A stretch of DNA of 41,750 nt. Origin: an uncultured bacterium. GTDB lineage: Bacteria; Acidobacteriota; Blastocatellia; Pyrinomonadales; Pyrinomonadaceae. The translations under genes and the position numbers were made by a program. The notes under the pieces are model-generated. The model had not been told where the DNA came from. It saw nothing but the letters and a program-made list of their open reading frames with translations, and did not search any database. The stretch spans positions 1-41,750 of the forward strand of contig CBFGSN010000001.1 of NCBI GenBank assembly GCA_965651435.1, in the 5' to 3' direction. This document shows, in pieces, positions 23,460-33,310 of this stretch; the first letter of the stretch is position 1, and the number at the start of each line of letters is the position of its first letter.

Positions 23460-24641
23460 TTATTTAACAGCGGCGGCCGAAATATCGGCGGCGATCAGTT
23501 TTTCGGCGGACTCGCGGGCGGCGAGGTCGGCGGCGAGAATGGTTTCGATCCGGTCTGCGGGAATCGCTTTATGATCGAGAAGAACCTTTTCATTTATGAG
23601 TGCAATTTCCGAAAGTCGAATTTTACCGTTGAGGAATGCCGCAACGGCAACTTCGTTAGCGGCGTTCAGAGCGGCCGGAGCAGTTCCGCCGATGTCGATA
23701 GCGCGGTACGCAAGACCCAGACACGGGAAACGTTCGAGATCGGGTTCCTCGAACGTCAGGGCCGAAAGAGTCGCAAGATCGAGTGGGTCGGCGCAGCCCG
23801 GCAGTCTTTCCGGGTATGTCAGAGCATATTGGATGGCGTGTTTCATATCCGTCACGCCCATCTGAGCAATGATCGAACCGTCTGCCATCTCGACCATTGA
23901 ATGTACGACAGATTGCGGGTGAACGATCACCGAGATCTTGTCTGTGCCGAATCCGAAAAGCCATCGGGCTTCGATGACCTCAAACCCTTTGTTCATAAGA
24001 GTTGCGGAATCAATCGTGATCTTGTCGCCCATCTTCCAATTCGGATGATCGAGGGCTTGTTCGCGTGTCGCATTTTCGATATCGTCCTTGCTTTTTGTAC
24101 GAAACGGGCCGCCGGACGCGGTCAGTATCAGACGTTTTACTTCGGAATTTTTCTCACCGCGAAGGCATTGGTGAAGCGCGTTGTGTTCCGAATCGACCGG
24201 CACAATTTCGGCTCCGTGGCGTTCGGCGGCCGCGGTCATCAGCTCGCCCGCCATCACAAGCGTTTCTTTATTAGCGAGCGCGATGCGTTTTCCGGCTTCG
24301 ATCGCGCGAAGCGTCGGGACAAATCCCACCGCTCCGACCGCCGCCGAAACAACCGTGTCAACGCTTGGTTCGGTCGCGACAGATACAAGGCCCGCTTCGC
24401 CGTATTCGATCTTAGGTTCGGCGACATTTAGTTCACGAAGCTCTCGTCGGAGTTCATCGGCACAGCCTTCGTCGCGGCACGATGCGATCTGCGGCCGAAA
24501 CCGCGCGATCTGCTCGGCGAAAAGCTTCATATTCGCGCCGGCCGCCAGCCCGACGATCCGCAGATCACCGAGATGCTCCGCTACCTTCAGCGTATTGCAC
24601 CCGATAGAACCCGTGGAACCGATTATCGAAATGTTCTTCAT
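23460..24641 (-). CDS. dxr: 1-deoxy-D-xylulose 5-phosphate reductoisomerase
   Basis: ISIIGSTGSIGCNTL, LANKETLV, VDSEHNAL, NKGFEVIEA and HPQSVVHS. Confidence 0.92.
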   Translation of the reverse strand: MKNISIIGSTGSIGCNTLKVAEHLGDLRIVGLAAGANMKLFAEQIARFRPQIASCRDEGCADELRRELRELNVAEPKIEYGEAGLVSVATEPSVDTVVSAAVGAVGFVPTLRAIEAGKRIALANKETLVMAGELMTAAAERHGAEIVPVDSEHNALHQCLRGEKNSEVKRLILTASGGPFRTKSKDDIENATREQALDHPNWKMGDKITIDSATLMNKGFEVIEARWLFGFGTDKISVIVHPQSVVHSMVEMADGSIIAQMGVTDMKHAIQYALTYPERLPGCADPLDLATLSALTFEEPDLERFPCLGLAYRAIDIGGTAPAALNAANEVAVAAFLNGKIRLSEIALINEKVLLDHKAIPADRIETILAADLAARESAEKLIAADISAAAVK

Positions 24642-24674
24642 AAAGAATGCGACACGATTAGATTACCATACACG

Positions 24675-24697
24675 CCGAAAGTGTTGACAGCTTTCGG
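24675..24697 (-). terminator. Hairpin immediately after the SulP stop (no U-tract)
   Basis: ccgaaag (24675..24681) / ctttcgg (24691..24697) with a 9-nt loop. A T-run is lacking, so terminator function is uncertain. Confidence 0.3.
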
Positions 24698-26398
24698 TCA
24701 GGAGCTGTGATCATTTGCGGTGTCAGTTTCGTTCTCGGAGAGGATCTCTTTTGCTCGTTCGATAGCGGCAAATATGTCCGTAACGAAGTTGCGTTTATCA
24801 GCATTCATCACGAAATCCGTTTTTCGCATCGTTCGATATGCCGAGCGTGAGACCGCCGAAAATATAACGGTGTAGTCGTTGTTTTTGCCGTCCTTTATGA
24901 GTTCTTCGAGCGTATGCAGGCCGCTTGCGTCGATGGTCGGGACGTTTCTCATTCTTAGGATGATAACCTTCGGCTTTTTGGCAACGATGCGGATGGATTC
25001 GCGAAATTGGCTTACGGCTCCAAAGAATAGTGATCCGTATATTTCAAATGCTTCGACGCCTTCGGGCATTTTTATCGCGGACATATCGCGAGTTTCGAAC
25101 AGGTCATCTCCATCGGACGGAAGATTTTCCGTAATGACCGAAACTTGAGTTTCCTGGGACATTTTTTGCAGGAACAGAAACGCCGCCGTTAATATGCCGA
25201 TCTGGATCGCTACCGTCAGATCGATCAGGATCGTCAGGAAAAATGTTATCAGCAGAACGGCGACGTCGCCGCGCGGAGCCTTCAAAAGGTGGATGAATTC
25301 GCGCCATTCGCTCATATTGTAAGCGACGACAACGAGCACGGCGGCGAGCGTCGCCATTGGGATCATAGCTGCCCATTCGCCGATAAGCAAAAGGACCAAA
25401 AGAAGAAAGACGCAATGAATGATCGCCGAGACCGGTGTTGTTCCGCCGCTTTTAATGTTAGTTGCGGTTCTTGCTATCGCACCGGTCGCCGGAATGCCGC
25501 CGAAGATCGCGGAAACGAAATTGCCGGCTCCCTGGCCTATCAGTTCCATATTCGAACGATGACGCGTTCCGGTCATACCGTCGGCGACTACGGCGGAAAG
25601 AAGCGATTCCAGGGCGGCGAGGATCGCGATCGTAACGGCGGGCTGAAACATTTCTTGGATCAGTTCCCACGAAATATTCGGCAGATGCGGAGCCGGTAGG
25701 GAATTCGGAACACTGCCGAAACGCGTCCCGATAGTTTCGACCGGAAGTTGAAGGTACTGGACAGCGGCGGTTACGGCCAAAATCGCGATCAATTGACCGG
25801 GAACGCGGTGCGTCACGCGCGGCCACAGAATAATGATCAATAATGAAACAAGTCCGACCGCGGCCGCATACGGGTTGATGCCGGAGAAATTCTCTCCGTA
25901 AGCGATCCACTTTTCGATCAGATCCGCGGGCAGTGAATCTATCTTTAACCCAAAAAGATCCGCCACTTGCGATGAGAAGATAATTACCGCGATCGCAGAT
26001 GTAAAACCTACGATCACCGGATAAGGGATAAACTTTAGAAAAGCTCCCATTCGGACAAAGCCCATTACCGCCAGGATCACTCCTGCGATCAGCGTCGCCG
26101 TTGCCAATCCGTCGTAACCGTACTTTTGGACAATGCCGTAAACGATAACGATGAAGGCTCCTGTCGGGCCGCTTATGCCGGTGCGCGTTCCTCCGAGAAC
26201 GGCTATAACGAACCCGGCGAAAATAGCGGTATAAAGCCCCTGTTCGGGCTTTACACCGCTTGCGATCGCCAGAGCGATAGATAACGGAAGTGCCACGACG
26301 CCGACGGTCAGTCCGCCCAGCAGGTCTCGCTGAAACAGCTTTAGCGTATAGCCTTCGCGAAAGACGGTCAGCAGTTTTGGCTCGAGTTTTCGATACAT
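24698..26398 (-). CDS. SulP family anion (sulfate/bicarbonate) transporter with a C-terminal STAS domain
   Basis: 566 aa and multi-TM. The N-terminal YRKLEPKLLTVFREGYTLKLFQRDLLGGLTVGVVALPLSIALA pattern and a C-terminal STAS-like FEIYGSLFFGA...LRMRNVPTIDASG. Confidence 0.88.
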   Translation of the reverse strand: MYRKLEPKLLTVFREGYTLKLFQRDLLGGLTVGVVALPLSIALAIASGVKPEQGLYTAIFAGFVIAVLGGTRTGISGPTGAFIVIVYGIVQKYGYDGLATATLIAGVILAVMGFVRMGAFLKFIPYPVIVGFTSAIAVIIFSSQVADLFGLKIDSLPADLIEKWIAYGENFSGINPYAAAVGLVSLLIIILWPRVTHRVPGQLIAILAVTAAVQYLQLPVETIGTRFGSVPNSLPAPHLPNISWELIQEMFQPAVTIAILAALESLLSAVVADGMTGTRHRSNMELIGQGAGNFVSAIFGGIPATGAIARTATNIKSGGTTPVSAIIHCVFLLLVLLLIGEWAAMIPMATLAAVLVVVAYNMSEWREFIHLLKAPRGDVAVLLITFFLTILIDLTVAIQIGILTAAFLFLQKMSQETQVSVITENLPSDGDDLFETRDMSAIKMPEGVEAFEIYGSLFFGAVSQFRESIRIVAKKPKVIILRMRNVPTIDASGLHTLEELIKDGKNNDYTVIFSAVSRSAYRTMRKTDFVMNADKRNFVTDIFAAIERAKEILSENETDTANDHSS

Positions 26399-26422
26399 AC
26401 CTTGCGCCGAATGCCTCGTTTT

Positions 26423-27757
26423 CTATATTTTATCGTTGAGCTGCCGTTGGATCGCGGTGCCGACCTCGTGCCGATCTTCGGTTCTTTGTTCGCCGCTCTT
26501 CATATTTTTGAGCGTGACCTTGCCTTCGGCCAGTTCGCTTTCGCCGAGTACGCAGACGAACGGAATGTTGATAGAATCCGCATATTTGAATTGCTTGCCG
26601 AGTTTGTCGGCTTCGGGATAGACAAGTACGCGTAGTCCGGCTTCTCGAAGTTCGGACGCAAGCCGGAGCGATTCGGCGATGGTTTCTTCGCTTTGCATCG
26701 TGACCATCACATCCGCGGCCGCGGAATCCGCGATCTCCGGCGGAAACATTCCGCGTTCGTCCATTACGACCAGAATACGTTCAAGGCCAAGCGAAAATCC
26801 GCACGCCGGTATCTGTTCCTTGCCGAACATCCCGATCAGTCCGTCATAACGCCCGCCGCCGCCGATACTGCCTTTGAAATCGCCTTCGGTTAAAACGATC
26901 TCGAATATAGCACCGGTGTAATAGGAAAGCCCGCGGGCCAGTGTCCTATCTATCTTTATCCGTTCGTCCGAGCAGAGTTCGATGATCGCATCGAGCTCTG
27001 GATCGGACATGTCGCCTTCGACCGCCGCGAGAAACGCGTCCGCCGCTTCGACATTTATACCGCGCGCAAGAAGTTCTTCACGAACGCCGTCCGCGCCGAT
27101 CTTATCGAGTTTATCGAGGGCGACAAGCGCGTCAGCAGTGTTGTCGATCCCGGCGTCCTCGACCATTTTGGTCAGAAGCTCGCGATGATTTATCCGAATC
27201 ACAAAATCGTCAAAACCGAGCCGTTTCAATATTTCGCTGACGGCCGAGATGAGTTCCGCTTCGACGACCACCGAACTTGAGCCGATCGCGTCAACGTCGC
27301 ATTGATAAAATTCGCGAAAGCGTCCGCGAGCCGGTCGGTCGGCGCGCCAAACGGGCTGTATCTGATAGCGTTTGAAGAACTTAGGCAGATCGTTCCGGTG
27401 GTTCGCGACAACGCGTGCGAGCGGCACGGTCAGGTCGTAACGGAGGGCCAGATCTGCCAGTAATCCAGTCGAGGAAGTCTTGGAACTCTCGGAAGTATTC
27501 TCATTGTCTCGACTGGTGAGACTTCCCAGACTTTCCATGAGTTTTTCGCCGCGTTTCAGTATCGGGAAGATAAGCTGGTTGCCTTCTTCGCCGTATTTGC
27601 CCATCAGTGTTTCCAGGTTTTCGACCGCCGGAGTTTCCAGCGGCTCAAAGCCGTAGCCTTCGTAAACCTCACGGATGATGTTTATTACGTAGTTTCGTTT
27701 GCGTATATCGGCGGGCAGAAAATCGCGCATTCCGCGGGCCGGATTCGTCTTCGACAT
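26423..27757 (-). CDS. hisS: Histidine--tRNA ligase
   Basis: GMRDFLP, LRYDLTVPLARV, QPVWRADRP, FYQCD, YYTGAIFE and GGGRYDGL. Confidence 0.92.
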   Translation of the reverse strand: MSKTNPARGMRDFLPADIRKRNYVINIIREVYEGYGFEPLETPAVENLETLMGKYGEEGNQLIFPILKRGEKLMESLGSLTSRDNENTSESSKTSSTGLLADLALRYDLTVPLARVVANHRNDLPKFFKRYQIQPVWRADRPARGRFREFYQCDVDAIGSSSVVVEAELISAVSEILKRLGFDDFVIRINHRELLTKMVEDAGIDNTADALVALDKLDKIGADGVREELLARGINVEAADAFLAAVEGDMSDPELDAIIELCSDERIKIDRTLARGLSYYTGAIFEIVLTEGDFKGSIGGGGRYDGLIGMFGKEQIPACGFSLGLERILVVMDERGMFPPEIADSAAADVMVTMQSEETIAESLRLASELREAGLRVLVYPEADKLGKQFKYADSINIPFVCVLGESELAEGKVTLKNMKSGEQRTEDRHEVGTAIQRQLNDKI

Positions 27758-27785
27758 AAACGAAATTCTACATCAGCGGCGGCGA

Positions 27786-27818
27786 AGCTAAAAGCTAATA
27801 GCCAATAGCTAACGGCTG
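27786..27818. repeat. Related AGCTAA/TAGC-rich intergenic motif (agctaaaagctaatagccaatagctaacggctg)
   Basis: Opposite orientation, and looser than the other copies. It lies in the hisS / PagL-like spacer. Confidence 0.45.
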
Positions 27819-27836
27819 TTTTCTTTTGTCGCGGAG

Positions 27837-28622
27837 TTATTTACTGAACCACGAATAGCCGACGTAGAAGATATTGGCGTTGTAGCCCGGATTGATCTCG
27901 CCTATATTCATATTCGAAACGTGAAAATATCTGTAGCCGAAACGGACTGCCTGGCGTGGTTTGATGTGATACATCAGGCCGCCGCCGAAATCGCCGATAA
28001 AGTTATACCGCGGGCTTTCGGGAACAGGGATCGGTTTTGAGGTGAACAGGAAACCCGCGCCGGCTTCGAGATACGGCTTCAAACGACGCTTCGGCATAAA
28101 GGTAAAGCGGAACTTTGCCGGTTGAAAACTAAAACCGTACGTATTTTCGCGGATCGTCGGTGTGGTATCGGGCGTTTCCTCTTCGGAAACATATTCGGGG
28201 TTTACTATTTCATTCTGTATCGCGAAATTCACAGGTGACACATCAAAAAGATATTCGTACGTGATGCCTTTTACTGTGCCGATGACCCTGCCGACCTGCA
28301 CATTCATCGAAACGAATTTGCGGCCGGTGGTGTCATATTCCTTGTGGCCGCTAAGGAATGTCGGTTGCATCGGAGCAAATCCGATCTCGGCTCCGACCTC
28401 TATCGCTCCGCGCTTTAGTTTCCATTTGTTCTCGTCCAATTCTTCGGGTGTCGGCACGTCCTCGGAATCCGCCGCCGGTGTCGGCGATACATTCGGAATT
28501 GGCGTCGGTGTCGGGGCGGGCTGAAAATTTTGTGCGGTAAGCCTAGCCGAAAAACCCAGCAGCGAAGTGATAAAAAGCGCGATATGGAGATACTTAGAAA
28601 TGACTTTTTCTTTTTCCTGCAA
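27837..28622 (-). CDS. Outer-membrane acyloxyacyl hydrolase / lipid A 3-O-deacylase (PagL-like) beta-barrel
   Basis: C-terminal FGYRYFHVSNMNIGEINPGYNANIFYVGYSWF carries the H-x-S-N...NPG motif I associate with PagL. It has a signal peptide and a terminal aromatic residue. I prefer the TTG start at 28622: it is preceded by aagggg and lies 2 nt after the upstream stop. The track ATG at 28673 overlaps the upstream gene by 49 nt. Confidence 0.55.
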   Translation of the reverse strand: MQEKEKVISKYLHIALFITSLLGFSARLTAQNFQPAPTPTPIPNVSPTPAADSEDVPTPEELDENKWKLKRGAIEVGAEIGFAPMQPTFLSGHKEYDTTGRKFVSMNVQVGRVIGTVKGITYEYLFDVSPVNFAIQNEIVNPEYVSEEETPDTTPTIRENTYGFSFQPAKFRFTFMPKRRLKPYLEAGAGFLFTSKPIPVPESPRYNFIGDFGGGLMYHIKPRQAVRFGYRYFHVSNMNIGEINPGYNANIFYVGYSWFSK

Positions 28623-28624
28623 GT

Positions 28625-29137
28625 TTACCCCTTGGACGAATAATGGTCTATTATCTTCGTGTAATTTTGCCAAAATTTCGGAAGGTCGGTCAACTCGGTT
28701 TCGGATAAACTTCGCACGACCTTCGCCGGACTTCCCATAACCAATGAACCCGGCGGCACCTGCGTTCGCGGCGTCAAAAGGCTTCCCGCCGCAACGAGCG
28801 AATTTTTCCCGACACGCACGCCATCGAGCAATATAGCTCCGATGCCTATAAGGCAGCCCGATTCGACATAACAGCCGTGAAGTGTAACGCGGTGGCCCGC
28901 CGTGACCTCGTCCTCGATAACCGTCGGGTGCGTTCCGCCTGTTACGTGAATGACGCTGTTGTCCTGGATGTTCGTTCGGGCTCCGATGCGGATGTAATTG
29001 ACATCGCCGCGGACAACCGTGCCGTACCAGATGCTTGAATGTTCGCCGATAACGACATCGCCGATGACCACGGCCGTTTCGGCGATGAACGCGGTCGGAT
29101 CGATTTTCGGAGCTTTTTCTTGAAAATTTCTGATCAT
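28625..29137 (-). CDS. Gamma-class carbonic anhydrase family / hexapeptide-repeat protein (YrdA/PaaY-like)
   Basis: The left-handed beta-helix repeat pattern and IGARTNIQDNSVIH...TIEDEVTAGHRVTLHGC are typical of this family. Confidence 0.8.
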   Translation of the reverse strand: MIRNFQEKAPKIDPTAFIAETAVVIGDVVIGEHSSIWYGTVVRGDVNYIRIGARTNIQDNSVIHVTGGTHPTVIEDEVTAGHRVTLHGCYVESGCLIGIGAILLDGVRVGKNSLVAAGSLLTPRTQVPPGSLVMGSPAKVVRSLSETELTDLPKFWQNYTKIIDHYSSKG

Positions 29138-30882
29138 TTTCGTTGTCTGAATTTTGCCGTTACGGTCGCAAACGCTTTTTCGAGTTCGCCAACGCGAAGT
29201 ATTTTTGCCGCAAGAACGAATGTCAGTCCGCCGAGAGCGATAGGCACGAAGGCTTCGACCATTCGAACCCAGATGTTCTTATGCACGAACTGCGTTGTGA
29301 TGAACCGATAGCTGAAATGGCAAACGACCGACATAACGGCCGAAGCCGCAGCGATCTTTATGAATGAAGTAAAAATACTGCGGCCGTTGAGCCTTCGGAT
29401 GCGTTTTCGCATAAGAAGCGCGAGCGCAAAGAAATTAACGAGCGCGACGACCGATGTCGAAAGAGCGACGCCCACATGGCCGAGCCCGTTCGGATGAAGT
29501 TCATCAACGCCGACATTTGAGAGCAGACCCATCAGAAAATAACAGGCGACCGCGTTCACTACAATGGACGCCAGGCTTATGTACATCGGCGTTTTTGCGT
29601 CGTCGAGCGCATAAAACGCGGGCGATAATATCTTGATCGCGGCATAGCCGGTCAGTCCGATCGAATATCCCGCAAGCGCCCACGCCGTCATCGGAACGTC
29701 CGATTCCTTGAAAGCTCCGCCGTGCGAATAAAGCAGACGCATTATCGGTTCACCAAGCACGATCAGCCCGCAAGCCGATGGCAGCGTCATCAGAAACACC
29801 AGATTTATTGACGAAGAAAGCGTATCGCGAAATTCTGTGACCTTTTCTTCGGCCGCGAGCCGTGAAAGAACCGGGATCGCAGCCGTGCCGATCGCCACGC
29901 CAAAAAGGCCGATCGGGAACTGCATCAGCCGAAATGAATATCCGAGCCATGAAATACCGCCTTCGATGCCTGAAACGAAAAACGTATTGACGAGAACATT
30001 TATCTGCACGGCCGAAGTTCCGAGTATTGCCGGACCCATCAGCCGCATAACTCGCTTAACGCCCGGATCGACAAAGCTGATCGCGGTGGAAAATCGGAAT
30101 CCGATGCGGAACAGCGACGGAACCTGCATCAGGAATTGGGCCGCTCCGCCGATCAATGTGCCGATAGCCATGCCCGTTATCGCCCACTGAGCGGGAAGCT
30201 CGGGAACCGCGGCCGGATCTTTTGGAACTTCCCACGAACCGCCGCTCAGCCAATATGCCAAGCCAAGCCCGACGGTCATCGAAACGATGTTGAAAACGGT
30301 CGAAGCCGACGCCGGTATTCCGAAAATTCCTTTTGTGTTTAGCACGCCCATCGCCAGCGCGGCAAGAGCGACAAGCAGAATGAACGGGAACATTATCTGC
30401 GTCAGCGTTGTCGCAAGAGCGGCCTGTTCGGGCGAAAAACCGGCTCCGATTATCGAGACGATCGTTCCCGAAAAGAAAATGCCGAGTAGAGTAATTATGC
30501 TAAGAACCGCGGCAAGACCATTGAGCACCATGCTCGCAAGCCGCCACGCTTCTTCTTCGCTTCGCGCGACCTGATAATCAGTGAATACTTTTACGAACGC
30601 GGCGGACAGGGCACCTTCGGCAAAAAGGTCGCGAAGGACGTTCGGTATGCGAAAGGCGAGCTGAAAAGCGTCGTTCAGAAATCCGGCGCCAAAGAAATAC
30701 GCGAAAACGAGTTCGCGTGCGAGCCCGAAAACGCGTGAGAACATCACGGCGATAGAAACTATGCCCGCAGAACGCGCGACGCTGGTTTGTTTTGACGGCT
30801 GTTGTACGGTCTCGGCCGGTTCGTTCGGTTCGGCGAGTTCTTCGGGTGTTTCGGATTCGGGATTCTGTTCGATCTCGTTCAT
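29134..30882 (-). CDS. murJ: Lipid II flippase MurJ (MviN)
   Basis: 582 aa with about 14 TM helices. N-terminal SRVFGLARELVFAYFFGAGFLNDAFQLAFRIPNVLRDLFAEGALSAAFV is the canonical MurJ opening. Confidence 0.88.
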   Translation of the reverse strand: MNEIEQNPESETPEELAEPNEPAETVQQPSKQTSVARSAGIVSIAVMFSRVFGLARELVFAYFFGAGFLNDAFQLAFRIPNVLRDLFAEGALSAAFVKVFTDYQVARSEEEAWRLASMVLNGLAAVLSIITLLGIFFSGTIVSIIGAGFSPEQAALATTLTQIMFPFILLVALAALAMGVLNTKGIFGIPASASTVFNIVSMTVGLGLAYWLSGGSWEVPKDPAAVPELPAQWAITGMAIGTLIGGAAQFLMQVPSLFRIGFRFSTAISFVDPGVKRVMRLMGPAILGTSAVQINVLVNTFFVSGIEGGISWLGYSFRLMQFPIGLFGVAIGTAAIPVLSRLAAEEKVTEFRDTLSSSINLVFLMTLPSACGLIVLGEPIMRLLYSHGGAFKESDVPMTAWALAGYSIGLTGYAAIKILSPAFYALDDAKTPMYISLASIVVNAVACYFLMGLLSNVGVDELHPNGLGHVGVALSTSVVALVNFFALALLMRKRIRRLNGRSIFTSFIKIAAASAVMSVVCHFSYRFITTQFVHKNIWVRMVEAFVPIALGGLTFVLAAKILRVGELEKAFATVTAKFRQRK

Positions 30883-30946
30883 TTCTGCTCTAAAAGCTTA
30901 AGAATAGAGTTTGCACCAAATTATTATCGAAATCCAAACAGCGCGT

Positions 30947-30978
30947 TAAAATAAAAAGAAGCACCGGTCGGGTGCTTC
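30947..30978 (-). terminator. Rho-independent terminator after dacB
   Basis: The minus strand has stem gaagcacc / ggtgcttc followed by tttttatttta. Confidence 0.6.
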
Positions 30979-31003
30979 CTAAGTATCAAACATTTCTATC
31001 GGT

Positions 31004-32413
31004 TCAATTTCCCGAATTGCGGGCATTTGCTGCGACGATACGCGTTTGCGCGATGCGCGAATCCATCGGCCGTGAGCGGTAATCGATCTTGACCGGCCCG
31101 CCGAACTGTCCCTGTATCAAAGCAACGTAATTATTTTGGAATGAACGGAATCGGGGAACACTGCCGCGTTGATTAAATATGACGAAAAGGAGCTTCCCGC
31201 CGCGTGTATTTATCTCGCCGCACAGGGCGCTTGCTCCGCCGTCGGTGCGATAAAGTGTTCCTGTTTTTCCGATAACGCTTCCTTCGGAAAAATCGGTGTC
31301 AAAGCGGTGTTCGAGCGTGCCGCGGTCGATGCCCGCAACCGGCATAATGTCGGCAAACGACATATTGTTGCGGTGCAACTCTTTGTTAAGCATTCGCAGA
31401 ACCGACATCATCGCACGCGGCGAAACGCGGTTCGAACCGAGTCCGCTGGATGTCGCAAGATAAAACTCCGAGGCGTCGATCTTTCCGTTCGTGCGGATGA
31501 TGTTCGCGACGGCGTTCGGGCCGCCGACCATGTCGCCCAGGCGTTCGGCCAAATAATTGTTCGAATAAGAAAGCGTAACTTTTACGATCTCGCGTAGCGG
31601 AGCCGATTCGTGCGAAAAGATCATCTTTGCGTCGCCGGGAAGCTGGCGAACATAGGCTTTTCCGTTGATCTCAATGCTCGGCGAAACATCTACTTTGCCG
31701 GTAAGTCCTTTAAGAGAGGTATATTTCAGCCACGATCTTGTTGCCGTCGCCGAACGTTTTGTCATATCAAGCGTCGCCAAAAGAGTGTTGGCCGAGCGGG
31801 TTGCCGATGACGAATAATTCATTGAAAAATCGCCCGTGACGATCAGGTCGCCGCTCACGCTGCGAATACCGATACGGTTCAGTTCGTTTGCTATGGCAAT
31901 GGCATGCTCAAAATTGAATACCGGATCGCGGCCCGTGATGTAAAGGTCGCCGATGATCGCCTTGTTCGCTTCGTCGTAAGCACCGTCCGTCCAGACGTTC
32001 GTCGCGAAACGATAATTCGGCCCGAAGGTTTTTATGACGGCGTATGCGGTCGCGATCTTTACGTTCGAAGCCGGATTGTAGAGCATATCGGAGCCGGTTT
32101 CGATCACGACGTTGCCGTCCATCGATTCGACCAGAATGCCTGTGTAGCCCGGAATTTCGACGTCAGCAAGCACGGGAATTGATGTTTTGACGGCTCGTCC
32201 CGATGGAGCCGTGGGAATTACATCGTCCACGACGGCCGTTGATGAACCCGTCTTTTTGACGAGCGGAGTGGCCTGCGGCGCCGGACCGTCCTTCTTTATC
32301 ACTATGTCCTGCAGCAACGGTCTCGATTGAGCCGGAATTGCCGAAACAAACAACAAAGAGAACGTAAGGACGCTAAACCACCTGATACTGCTTATTACAA
32401 ATTTTTTCATCAA
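31004..32413 (-). CDS. dacB: D-alanyl-D-alanine carboxypeptidase/endopeptidase (PBP4, peptidase S13)
   Basis: Signal peptide, SxxK (PASNVK), SxN (YSNN) and KTG (GKTGTL) motifs, with the domain insertion typical of PBP4. Confidence 0.8.
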   Translation of the reverse strand: MMKKFVISSIRWFSVLTFSLLFVSAIPAQSRPLLQDIVIKKDGPAPQATPLVKKTGSSTAVVDDVIPTAPSGRAVKTSIPVLADVEIPGYTGILVESMDGNVVIETGSDMLYNPASNVKIATAYAVIKTFGPNYRFATNVWTDGAYDEANKAIIGDLYITGRDPVFNFEHAIAIANELNRIGIRSVSGDLIVTGDFSMNYSSSATRSANTLLATLDMTKRSATATRSWLKYTSLKGLTGKVDVSPSIEINGKAYVRQLPGDAKMIFSHESAPLREIVKVTLSYSNNYLAERLGDMVGGPNAVANIIRTNGKIDASEFYLATSSGLGSNRVSPRAMMSVLRMLNKELHRNNMSFADIMPVAGIDRGTLEHRFDTDFSEGSVIGKTGTLYRTDGGASALCGEINTRGGKLLFVIFNQRGSVPRFRSFQNNYVALIQGQFGGPVKIDYRSRPMDSRIAQTRIVAANARNSGN

Positions 32414-32618
32414 ACCGCTTAATTTTATTTATACCGACATTTGGGTTGGCAGGTCCGTTTCCGCTGTCGCACGGGAACGCTTTGAAATTGTAACACAAAC
32501 CGACCCCAAACATCCAACACTTATTATTCGCCTAATATAAAGGGCGAAATAGGGCGTTTATAAGATGAAGTTTTCGCACCGCAGGATGTAAACTATATTT
32601 ATCGGAACGAACAGCAAA

Positions 32619-33293
32619 ATGACGAAACGGATGAAGAAAGGCGCGGTTTCCGTGACCGTTGAGAATATAAAACATACGCACCGCACGCGAAGGAAGGAGA
32701 TCTCCGCGCGGTTAAAGGAATTTCGCACCATTTGGAAAAGCGCCGGCGATGAACGGCTTTGGGAAGAAATGGTGTTTTGTTTTTTTACGGGTGGTTGTTC
32801 GGCAAAGATGGGCCTGCGGGCGATCGAAGCGGTCCGGCCGCATCTAATGGACGGCGACCATGAACAGATAATGAATGCGCTTGTCGGCGTTCATCGATAT
32901 CCGCGGGCTCGTTCGCGTTATGTCGTTCAATCGCGTGAATTTTTGCGGGAACACTGTGATATGCGTCTCCGGAAAAAGCTCTCGTCGTTCTCGTGTCCCG
33001 ACGAAAGGCGCGATTGGCTTGTAAAAGAACGCGGAATAAAAGGCCTTGGCTATAAGGAAGCAAGCCACTTTCTGCGCAATATCGGCCTCAGCGGCTACGG
33101 CATTCTGGATAAACATATTTTGAACTGCTTGGCCGAACTAAAAATAATTGACGACCCAAAGCCACCAAATACGCGTTTGAGGTATCTAACCATCGAAAGC
33201 AAACTGAAACAGCTTGCATTAGACCTCGAAATCGACTTCGACGAAATGGACCTCGTTCTTTGGTCCATGAAAACCGGAGAGATCCTTAAATAA
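32619..33293 (+). CDS. ogg: N-glycosylase/DNA lyase, archaeal-type 8-oxoguanine DNA glycosylase (Ogg2-like)
   Basis: Helix-hairpin-helix IKGLGYKEASHFLRNIG followed by ILDKHIL (Lys and Asp catalytic positions as recalled for Ogg2). Length is about 220 aa. Confidence 0.7.
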   Translation: MTKRMKKGAVSVTVENIKHTHRTRRKEISARLKEFRTIWKSAGDERLWEEMVFCFFTGGCSAKMGLRAIEAVRPHLMDGDHEQIMNALVGVHRYPRARSRYVVQSREFLREHCDMRLRKKLSSFSCPDERRDWLVKERGIKGLGYKEASHFLRNIGLSGYGILDKHILNCLAELKIIDDPKPPNTRLRYLTIESKLKQLALDLEIDFDEMDLVLWSMKTGEILK

Positions 33294-33310
33294 AACGGCG
33301 GAACCGGAGC

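Noticed and set aside
27459-27537. Ser/Thr-rich insertion in HisRS (SLTSRDNENTSESSKTSSTG)
   Set aside because: It falls in a loop that I recall as length-variable in this type of HisRS, and the flanking motifs are intact. I did not judge it worth a separate finding without an alignment.
28623-28673. ATG at 28673 as the start of the PagL-like gene
   Set aside because: It would overlap the upstream hexapeptide gene by 49 nt and add a non-signal N-terminal extension. The TTG at 28622, with an upstream GGGG and an immediate signal peptide, is more plausible.
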